From: an uncultured Eubacteriales bacterium
GTDB lineage: Bacteria; Bacillota; Clostridia; Oscillospirales; CAG-272
Direction: 5' to 3'
Length of the DNA stretch: 64,000 nucleotides
Assembly (NCBI GenBank): GCA_934434925.1
Contig: CAKSAC010000004.1
Location: forward strand, 67,388-131,387
Part shown: positions 57,618-64,000 of the stretch, piece after piece
Layout of the letters: the number at the start of each line of letters is the position of its first letter
How positions within the stretch are numbered: position 1 is the stretch's first letter
Notes under the pieces: generated by a model
The model's input: the letters and a program-made list of their open reading frames with translations, nothing else
Database searches by the model: none
Told to the model about the DNA's origin: nothing
Position numbers and translations under genes: made by a program

Positions 57618-58364
57618 ATGCGGAACTGCAAAACCGAAATCGAAGAAAGGGTGGCGTTTATCCGCCGGATGCTGGCCGACGCACATGCGGACGGCATTGT
57701 ATACGGCAACAGCGGCGGGAAAGACTGTACACTGGTCGGCATTTTGTGTAAAATGGCCTGCGAAAATACCGTCGGCATTATCATGCCCTGTTCCTCCAAG
57801 CAGAATTACGGCTCCGACCGTGACGACGCCATCAAGACAGCCGAACTGTTTTCGATCGAGACCCGCACCGTAGACCTGACGGCCGTGCGGGAAAGCCTGC
57901 TTTTCGCGCTGGACGGCGTGACTTCCCCGAATGCGGCCGCCCTGACCAACATCGCGCCCCGCCTGCGCATGACGACGCTTTATGCTATCGGCGCGTCCGA
58001 GAACCGGCTGGTGGCCGGAACCGGGAACAAATGCGAAACCTATATGGGCTACTTCACCAAGTGGGGAGACGGGGCCGCGGACTTCTGCCCGATTGCCGAT
58101 CTGACGGTTGACGAGGTCTATGCGCTTCTGCGTTATCTGAAAGCCCCGGAATCTATCATCACCAAAGCGCCTTCTGCGGGCCTTTTTGAAGGACAGACCG
58201 ACGAAGGCGAAATGGGTGTGACCTATGCCGCCGTGGCCGCCTATATGAACGGTGAACCGGTCACCGAAAAAGAACGGGAAATCATTGAACGCTATCACCG
58301 CCGGAGCGAACACAAACGTGCGCTCCCTCCCACCTTTTCCGACTATTGCGCGTCGCAGAAATAA
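57618..58364 (+). CDS. nadE: ammonia-dependent NAD+ synthetase
   Basis: 248 aa. PP-loop GNSGGKDC, then TGNKCETYMGYFTKWGDG. Confidence 0.9.
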   Translation: MRNCKTEIEERVAFIRRMLADAHADGIVYGNSGGKDCTLVGILCKMACENTVGIIMPCSSKQNYGSDRDDAIKTAELFSIETRTVDLTAVRESLLFALDGVTSPNAAALTNIAPRLRMTTLYAIGASENRLVAGTGNKCETYMGYFTKWGDGAADFCPIADLTVDEVYALLRYLKAPESIITKAPSAGLFEGQTDEGEMGVTYAAVAAYMNGEPVTEKEREIIERYHRRSEHKRALPPTFSDYCASQK

Positions 58365-58498
58365 ATTTTTCCGATAACGCCGAAAACAAAAACGGGCAAC
58401 CGTCTGCCAACGCGGACATTGCCTGTTTTTTATAGAAAAATCCGCTTACATGCGGTGTAACGCGCGCCGGCCATTCTCCCGGCGCTTACAGGAAGAAA

Positions 58499-58528
58499 AC
58501 AAAAAAGGGGGCGATGCCCCCGTTTTTT
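58499..58528. terminator. bidirectional rho-independent terminator
   Basis: A8-GGGGGC-gat-GCCCCC-g-T6. Overlaps the stop of the minus-strand gene. Confidence 0.75.
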
Positions 58529-59126
58529 ATACCACAACCGGTTGATTTTTGAGGTCCTCATAGAACGCTGCATCCGCGGCGGCCATATAGGCGGACACCC
58601 AAAACACCCCGATGCCCAAGCAGAGCGAACCGACGATCATCCAACCGATGAAACTGAGTTGCAGGCAGAAATATTGCCATTTATGCCCCCGCATCATCTT
58701 CCGGCTCTCTCTGATACAGGTAAGTGCTTCGTATTCCGGATGTTCAAGCGCGATGAAATAGGATTGCGAATATGAAATTGCCTTGATGATTCCGGGTATG
58801 ACAAAGAGCAACGACCAAAGGGCGATAAACAGATGGGAAAGAAAGCCGACCAAAATGTTGTTTCCGACCGAATTTCCGAATCCGTCAAAAAACCGTTTTC
58901 CTTTATTCTGCATTTCGTTTCCGCGGACCGCATGCAACGCATACGAACAAATGCCGATCGAAATTGGACCGACCAGGATCATCGGACCCACGAACAGAAA
59001 GGCGACCAGGCTGAGCAACACAGCGCCCGCCAGAATGGCAAGCACAAGATAAAGCCAGGTATTACCGAAGATGTTGCCGCCGAGTGCGACGCGGGCGCGT
59101 CTGCGGTATTCAGAACAAGTTTCCAT
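58527..59126 (-). CDS. DUF975 family integral membrane protein
   Basis: Start at METCSEYRRRARVALGGN. Multi-TM. Resembles DUF975 proteins by N-terminal motif and topology. Confidence 0.65.
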   Translation of the reverse strand: METCSEYRRRARVALGGNIFGNTWLYLVLAILAGAVLLSLVAFLFVGPMILVGPISIGICSYALHAVRGNEMQNKGKRFFDGFGNSVGNNILVGFLSHLFIALWSLLFVIPGIIKAISYSQSYFIALEHPEYEALTCIRESRKMMRGHKWQYFCLQLSFIGWMIVGSLCLGIGVFWVSAYMAAADAAFYEDLKNQPVVV

Positions 59127-59227
59127 ACAGAACCCCCTTTTAGTTATTATATTCAGTATACTCCTTCGCCGGAAAAATATCAAGAGGAAGAAGAAAATAT
59201 TTGTTGCGCGTTCGGAAAAAGCCGATT

Positions 59228-59956
59228 TTATAAAGGAGAAGGATATTGAGAGGTAACGCCCAGCACAGCCGCAACCACCCGCCGTGCCCCGCACAGATGA
59301 CAGAGATACGCCATGGTGGCAAGCGTTGCGCCGCTGGTCGTAATATCATCCAGTAAAATCACACGCCGCCGACGGAAATCGGGCTTTCCGCGCAAGGTGA
59401 GAAATCTCCGGCGTTCCCGGAACCGTTTCCAGCGATCCAGCGTCTTCTGCTCATGTCTTGCACGGTTTTCAAAGGCATGAATCAACGGAATCGCAAGGCG
59501 TTCTGCCACTTTTTCCGCCACCATCCGCATATGATCGAAACCGTAACGGTGCAAAGCACGGCGGGAGCGCGGAGCGTATGTCAGGCAGTATTCTCCCGGT
59601 TCATCCCGCATAAGTACCGAAAGTGCGTCGGCAATCTCCTGCGCGAAATGCGCCGCAAGCCGGGCGTCCGGCCGACGTTTCAGCCGATATATCATGCGGC
59701 TCGTCACCTGTTTGCCATCGTGGGAATAATAAGGGAAAATCTTCACAAGCGTGCGGATACCCGCCCGCATATGCACCTCTTCCGGACATCGACACGCCGA
59801 AAAGACCTGACCGCATACAGGACAACAAAATTCCTTTTCTTTCTCATAAGCCGCGCGGCATCCATCACATAAAGCGCCGCTCCCCGGCGGAAGTAACGCG
59901 CGGCAGGCGGCGCAACGGGGAACAAAAAGAAGATCGAGAAGTTTATGGTACCACAT
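59228..59956 (-). CDS. comF: ComF family protein (phosphoribosyltransferase-like)
   Basis: Start at MWYHKLLDLLFVPRCAAC. N-terminal zinc-finger cysteines. C-terminal PRT motif VILLDDITTSGATL. Confidence 0.85.
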   Translation of the reverse strand: MWYHKLLDLLFVPRCAACRALLPPGSGALCDGCRAAYEKEKEFCCPVCGQVFSACRCPEEVHMRAGIRTLVKIFPYYSHDGKQVTSRMIYRLKRRPDARLAAHFAQEIADALSVLMRDEPGEYCLTYAPRSRRALHRYGFDHMRMVAEKVAERLAIPLIHAFENRARHEQKTLDRWKRFRERRRFLTLRGKPDFRRRRVILLDDITTSGATLATMAYLCHLCGARRVVAAVLGVTSQYPSPL

Positions 59957-60054
59957 CGTGACAGCAACGTGAAGGCGCAGGGCCGGTGAAATCCGATCGG
60001 GCCGATAAACATTCGGCCGAAACGGTAACATGCAACCCGGCCACCGCGCATATT

Positions 60055-61707
60055 TCACGCCTTATATCCGTCCTTCAGCCCTACGACGCGGTTGAAGGTG
60101 TTTTCGTATTTGGTATCTTTCACAAAATATCCGGTGCGCACAAATTGAAAATGTTCGCCTGCCGGAGCTTCGGCCAGCCCCGGTTCGACGCGACAATCTG
60201 TCAGCGTCGTGACTGAATCGGCATTGAGATAATCACCGTATGTCTTTCCTTCCGGAATATCGGCAACATTTTCAATGGTGAAAAGATGCTCATAGAGCTT
60301 CACGGACACGCTTTCGGCCGTCGGGGCGGAAAGCCAATGGATCGTTCCTTTGACTTTGCGGCCGTCTGCCGGAACGCCGTTTCCCGTCTCCAGATCCGCG
60401 GTACACAGGAGCTTTTCAATCTTTCCGTTTGCGTCTTTCACCACTTCTTCACAGCGCACGATATACGCGCCCATCAACCGCACTTCCCCGCCTGGCTTCA
60501 TCCGGAAAAACTTGGGGGGCGGGATCTCGGCGAAATCGTCGGCATCGATAAAGAGAGTTTTTGTAAAGGGAACTTTACGCGTTCCCATCTCCGGATGCTG
60601 CGGGTGGTTGGGAAGCGCAAAGTATTCGGTTTTGCCTTCCGGGAAATTGAGAATCTCCACGCGTACGGGATGTAAAATCGCAACGCGGCGCGGGGCCGTC
60701 TCGTTCAGCTCTTCGCGGATGCAATGTTCCAGCAATTCATGATCCACCACGCTGTACGCCTTGGAAACACCGGCGCGCTCCACAAAATCAAAGATGGAGG
60801 AAGGCGTATAACCACGGCGACGAAGACCGCAAAGGGTCGGCATCCGCGGGTCATCCCATCCGTCCACGATTCCGGTTTCCACAAGTTGACGCAGATATCG
60901 CTTGCTCATCACGGTGTGTGTGACATTGAGCCGGGCGAATTCATACTGATGCGGTTTTTTTTCAAAGCCGATGTTGTTGACTACCCAATCATAAAGCGGG
61001 CGATGGTTTTCAAATTCAATCGAGCAGAGCGAATGCGTGATCCCTTCCAGCGCGTCCTGAATCGGGTGGGCATAATCATACAGCGGATATACGCACCATT
61101 TGTTGCCCTGCCGGTGATGGTCGGTATGCACGATGCGGTAAATGGCGGGATCCCGCAGGTTCATATTGGGGGAAGCCATATCGATTTTGGCGCGCAGTGT
61201 TTTGGCCCCGTCCGGAAATTCGCCGTTTTTCATTCTCTCAAAAAGATCGAGGTTTTCTTCCACCGTCCGGTCACGGTACGGGCTGTTCTTCCCCGGCTCG
61301 GTCAGCGTACCGCGGTATTCGCGCATTTCATCCGGGGAAAGATCGCATACATAAGCCTTCCCCGCCCGGATCAGCCGGAGTGCGAATTCATAACAACGGT
61401 CGAAATAATCGGAGCCGTAATACACGCCGCCGGTCGGTTCACAGCCGAGCCATTGCAGATCGCGGTAAATCGCCTCCACGTACTCATTGTCTTCTTTGGC
61501 GGGATTGGTGTCATCATACCGAAGGTTGAAAAGGCCGCCGTACTTTTTGGCAGTACTCGCATTGATCCAGATAGCCTTGGCGCTTCCGATATGGAGATAT
61601 CCGTTCGGCTCCGGGGGGAAACGGGTATGAACGCGCAATTCCGGGTCAGCCGCCAGATCACGGTCGATAATGTCGTGAATAAAATTTGATTTGATGACTT
61701 CTTCCAT
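60055..61707 (-). CDS. glnS: glutamine--tRNA ligase
   Basis: Start at MEEVIKSNFIHDII (GAGGA RBS). HIGH motif PEPNGYLHIGS, KMSKS-type VMSKR. The 162-codon upstream extension of the track ORF overlaps the MBL gene. Confidence 0.93.
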   Translation of the reverse strand: MEEVIKSNFIHDIIDRDLAADPELRVHTRFPPEPNGYLHIGSAKAIWINASTAKKYGGLFNLRYDDTNPAKEDNEYVEAIYRDLQWLGCEPTGGVYYGSDYFDRCYEFALRLIRAGKAYVCDLSPDEMREYRGTLTEPGKNSPYRDRTVEENLDLFERMKNGEFPDGAKTLRAKIDMASPNMNLRDPAIYRIVHTDHHRQGNKWCVYPLYDYAHPIQDALEGITHSLCSIEFENHRPLYDWVVNNIGFEKKPHQYEFARLNVTHTVMSKRYLRQLVETGIVDGWDDPRMPTLCGLRRRGYTPSSIFDFVERAGVSKAYSVVDHELLEHCIREELNETAPRRVAILHPVRVEILNFPEGKTEYFALPNHPQHPEMGTRKVPFTKTLFIDADDFAEIPPPKFFRMKPGGEVRLMGAYIVRCEEVVKDANGKIEKLLCTADLETGNGVPADGRKVKGTIHWLSAPTAESVSVKLYEHLFTIENVADIPEGKTYGDYLNADSVTTLTDCRVEPGLAEAPAGEHFQFVRTGYFVKDTKYENTFNRVVGLKDGYKA

Positions 61708-61723
61708 CTCTGTATCCTCAATT

Positions 61724-62359
61724 TTATAAAATCGTTTCAGCCTGATAGCGCAAGGCCGCGCGGCAATCAAAGAGGCTGGTCTGCTCTCCATGCCCCGGAA
61801 AGACACGGCGTTCTCCGGGCAGGGCGAGAAGCAGGCGGAGCGAACGGGCAAGCGTTTTTGCATTTCCGCCCGGTAGATCGGTACGGCCGAAGTCTCCGCC
61901 GGCAAAAAGCGTATCGCCGGTAAAAAGGTTTGCGCCACTGTCAAAGGCGCAGGAACCCGGCGTATGTCCCGGCGTGTGGAGAACGCGCAGCGTTTCCCGG
62001 CCGAGCGGAATGTTTTCCCCGGAAGAAAGCGAGCCGTCCGGCGGCGAAAAAACCATATCTCCGCCAAAGAAAAGACGGTATGCATTCCGGCGGGAATCGG
62101 AAAACGCGCCGGCATCCTCCGGATGAACGAGAACGGGCGCTCCCGTTTTTTCGCGCCACGCGTCCAACGCCAGCATATGGTCGAAATGCGCATGGGTCAA
62201 AAGAATCCGGCTGACGGGCGGTAACGCACGGCCGAACCCGGCCGCCACCGCATCCGGAGAGGCAGACGGATCAATGATTACGGCTTCTTTTTCCTCATCG
62301 TCGGTCAAAAAATAGCAGACCGAAGCGAATGAAGCTGAGCATAAACTGTATACTTTCAT
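61724..62359 (-). CDS. MBL-fold metallohydrolase (glyoxalase II-like)
   Basis: Start at MKVYSLCS. LTHAHFDHM, HTPGHTPGS, GDTLF. Confidence 0.85.
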   Translation of the reverse strand: MKVYSLCSASFASVCYFLTDDEEKEAVIIDPSASPDAVAAGFGRALPPVSRILLTHAHFDHMLALDAWREKTGAPVLVHPEDAGAFSDSRRNAYRLFFGGDMVFSPPDGSLSSGENIPLGRETLRVLHTPGHTPGSCAFDSGANLFTGDTLFAGGDFGRTDLPGGNAKTLARSLRLLLALPGERRVFPGHGEQTSLFDCRAALRYQAETIL

Positions 62360-62405
62360 ACCCTTCTCTCCGAAGCTTTGGCCTTTTACCGGGAACTTTC
62401 CTATC

Positions 62406-62434
62406 AGTATAGCATGTTTTTGCCGTTTTGTCCA
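62406..62434 (-). promoter_or_regulatory. sigma-70 promoter TGGACA-17-TATACT for the MBL-glnS pair
   Basis: Reverse strand: -35 at 62429-62434, -10 at 62406-62411. Confidence 0.55.
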
Positions 62435-62589
62435 TAGTATTCCCGGATTTTTCTCACTTTTTCCGGCAAAAACGGACATCGGGGAAAACTCGTGAATTTT
62501 CACGCTAAATTCCACTTCAAATTCCACTGTGGAATTTACTTTGGGAATTCACTATCGATGAAAATTCCGTTCTTTTTGCCTTTTACCTC

Positions 62590-62618
62590 TTGACAAACCC
62601 CTGCCTCCCTGCTATAAT
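62590..62618 (+). promoter_or_regulatory. consensus sigma-70 promoter TTGACA-17-TATAAT for tRNA-Thr
   Basis: -35 at 62590-62595, -10 at 62613-62618. The tRNA 5' end lies 12 nt downstream. Confidence 0.8.
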
Positions 62619-62629
62619 AATCGCGTTGA

Positions 62630-62706
62630 TGCTGGTGTGGCTCAGTCGGTAGAGCAGCTGATTCGTAATCAGCAGGTCGCCGGTTCAAGTCCGGCCACCA
62701 GCTCCA
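62630..62706 (+). tRNA. tRNA-Thr (anticodon CGT)
   Basis: Perfect manual cloverleaf: acceptor GCTGGTG/CACCAGC, D arm GCTC/GAGC, anticodon stem GCTGA/TCAGC with loop TTCGTAA, T arm GCCGG-TTCAAGT-CCGGC, encoded CCA. Confidence 0.95.
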
Positions 62707-62734
62707 AGCGACCCTTTGGGTCGCTTTTCTTTTT
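62707..62734 (+). terminator. rho-independent terminator after tRNA-Thr
   Basis: GCGACCC-ttt-GGGTCGC followed by TTTTCTTTTT. Confidence 0.85.
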
Positions 62735-62837
62735 CCGGCGGGTTGCTCCGGCAGTCTCGTTCTCTTCGGAACCCCCCTGCCGGCTTTCCGAAAGGCACGC
62801 AAAACAGCGCGGAAAATCCAAATATACGCAACAGCCT

Positions 62838-62940
62838 GATACGCCGTAGAAAAGGAAAATGCGCAGCGGCCCGATATGCCGCAGAAAAGGAAAATGCGCA
62901 ATGGCCGATACGCCGCAGAGAGCGAAAAAAGAGAGCCGTC
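62838..62940. repeat. 34-35-bp tandem repeat x3 (third copy degenerate)
   Basis: gatacgccgtagaaaaggaaaatgcgcagcggccc / gatatgccgcagaaaaggaaaatgcgcaatggcc / gatacgccgcagagagcgaaaaaagagagcc. Confidence 0.88.
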
Positions 62941-63035
62941 GCCAAAGAGGATTGCGGCCCTTCCCGCAAACCGGGGCGCGCCCGGACCCCGGGCTTTCAT
63001 TTCGGAAAAACGGCGTTTTTCCGCCTGCAAAGCGC

Positions 63036-63440
63036 CTACGGCCTTTTATCGGGAACAGATGTTTTATCGGGAACAGATGTCCGACCTGCAAAAGCGTTGA
63101 AAAGCGGGTCAATGGCAGAAAGAGGAATCAGCTCCCATTCTTTCAGAGCCGGAAACCGGCATGCACAGATACCGGACGGAGCGGCGGCAAGAGCCGTTTT
63201 TTCCGCGTGAGTCAGCTTTTTGAGACGGTATTCCGCGCGAAGAGCAATTCCGTAAGTCGGTGCGCGCCACGCGGCAAGCAGTCTGTCCGCGCCGACGGCG
63301 CGGGTATAAGCGGCCGCACCGGGGCGTTTTTCAAAATGGGCGCGCATCCGTTTTTGAAGATCGCGCGCCGCACCGGTATAAATCGCGCCGTTTTGGCACA
63401 AAAGCAGATAAACAAACGCGCCTTCATGAGAAGAGGGCAT
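63036..63440 (-). CDS. GIY-YIG nuclease family protein (UPF0213-like) with extended C-terminal tail
   Basis: Start at MPSSHEGAFVYLLLCQNGAIYTGAARDLQKRMRAH (GIY-YIG core) ..YRLKKLTHAEK. The tail contains an in-frame 18-bp duplication (TSVPDK x2) at 63044-63079. Confidence 0.75.
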   Translation of the reverse strand: MPSSHEGAFVYLLLCQNGAIYTGAARDLQKRMRAHFEKRPGAAAYTRAVGADRLLAAWRAPTYGIALRAEYRLKKLTHAEKTALAAAPSGICACRFPALKEWELIPLSAIDPLFNAFAGRTSVPDKTSVPDKRP

Positions 63441-64000
63441 TCCGGATATCCTCCTCCCCGGCCGGGAAAGCTCCCTGCGTAAGTACGGCGTTCCCGCCGC
63501 CGCGGCCGCCGAGCGTTGCGTGAAGCCGGGCCGAGAGCGCCCGCATATCTCCGGTTTTTCCGGCCAGCGCATACCGATGCCCACCGTTCCCGTCCGGCGT
63601 CAAGACCGCCGCAAATGCGGCGCGTGCCGAGGCCTCTTCGGCATATTTGCGCAATGAACGTGCGTCCAGCCCTTCATAAAAAAGGCAAAGCCCTTCCCTT
63701 GTTTCGGGGATTGCGTCCAGACGTACCCGCCGCAAAATCTCTTCGGTTTCGGCCACGCGGCCGCGCAGATGCACCACTTCCGCCATCAGGCGTTCCACAC
63801 CGCAATCGGCCTCCATGACCGGAACAGACAGGGCGCGGCTGATACGGAAAAGAATCTCTTGCTTTGCGTCATAATCCCGCCATGCGTCGCGGCCGCATCG
63901 GATAAAAATTCGGGTTCCGCCTTTATACGGGAGAAAATCCGTGATTTTAATCATCCCCACTTCCCCTGTGCGGCTCACATGAGGCGCACAGCAAACGCAG
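63424..64000 (-). CDS. alanyl-tRNA editing protein (AlaX-L type), C-terminal part; gene continues past the right edge
   Basis: The HVSRTGEVG-like editing-domain motif (SRTGEVGMIKI) sits at the window edge. C-terminal DHHA1-like GGRGGGNAVLTQG. The true start lies beyond 64000. Confidence 0.7.
   Translation of the reverse strand, partial: CVCCAPHVSRTGEVGMIKITDFLPYKGGTRIFIRCGRDAWRDYDAKQEILFRISRALSVPVMEADCGVERLMAEVVHLRGRVAETEEILRRVRLDAIPETREGLCLFYEGLDARSLRKYAEEASARAAFAAVLTPDGNGGHRYALAGKTGDMRALSARLHATLGGRGGGNAVLTQGAFPAGEEDIRNALFS

Noticed and set aside
62492-62503. GTGAA-tt-TTCAC as a Rex operator.
   Set aside because: The half-sites match the Rex core, but the spacing (2 nt) is wrong for the 4-nt central spacer I recall. 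The neighbouring genes (MBL hydrolase, glnS, tRNA) are not redox genes.
62536-63112. ORFs 62536..63030, 62669..63112, 62716..63210 and 62859..63482 across the tRNA-Thr flank.
   Set aside because: They overlap the tRNA gene, its terminator and the tandem repeats in several frames. They are repeat-derived translations with no start context.

Overview
High-GC (roughly 55-60% by eye) Firmicutes/Clostridia chromosome segment. The gene content (sigK, rex-adhE, HydS/HydA, GlnRS, an scr-dnaX-ybaB-recR block) suggests Ruminococcaceae/Oscillospiraceae, but that taxon is an inference. About 60 protein genes are mostly housekeeping: guaB, dnaX, recR, queA, dapA, tyrS, glnS, nadE, fba, gnd, rqcH, ruvX, sigK. 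There are also 2 tRNAs, a long-form SRP RNA, and many near-consensus sigma-70 promoters and hairpin terminators readable directly from the sequence. The best candidate system is the co-directional block rex-adhE-kinase-2x[2Fe-2S] ferredoxin-HydS(PAS)-PP2C phosphatase-[FeFe] hydrogenase at 45.6-54.7 kb. It looks like a hydrogen/redox-sensing phospho-signalling module with no visible output partner; related neighbourhoods have been noted in the literature, but as far as I know the mechanism is unresolved. Other items worth a second look: a LarA-like/PHP/Gnd/PfkB-kinase operon (possible aldonate 2-epimerase route); a low-GC higBA islet flanked by three degenerate copies of the queA 3' end; a lacZ leader with a duplicated promoter module and terminator/antiterminator; an orphan MazF with a C-terminal tail; and an unusual density of unique short tandem repeats just downstream of genes. 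No CRISPR array, transposase, integrase or rRNA was seen. All homology calls come from motif recognition by eye, since no searches were run.
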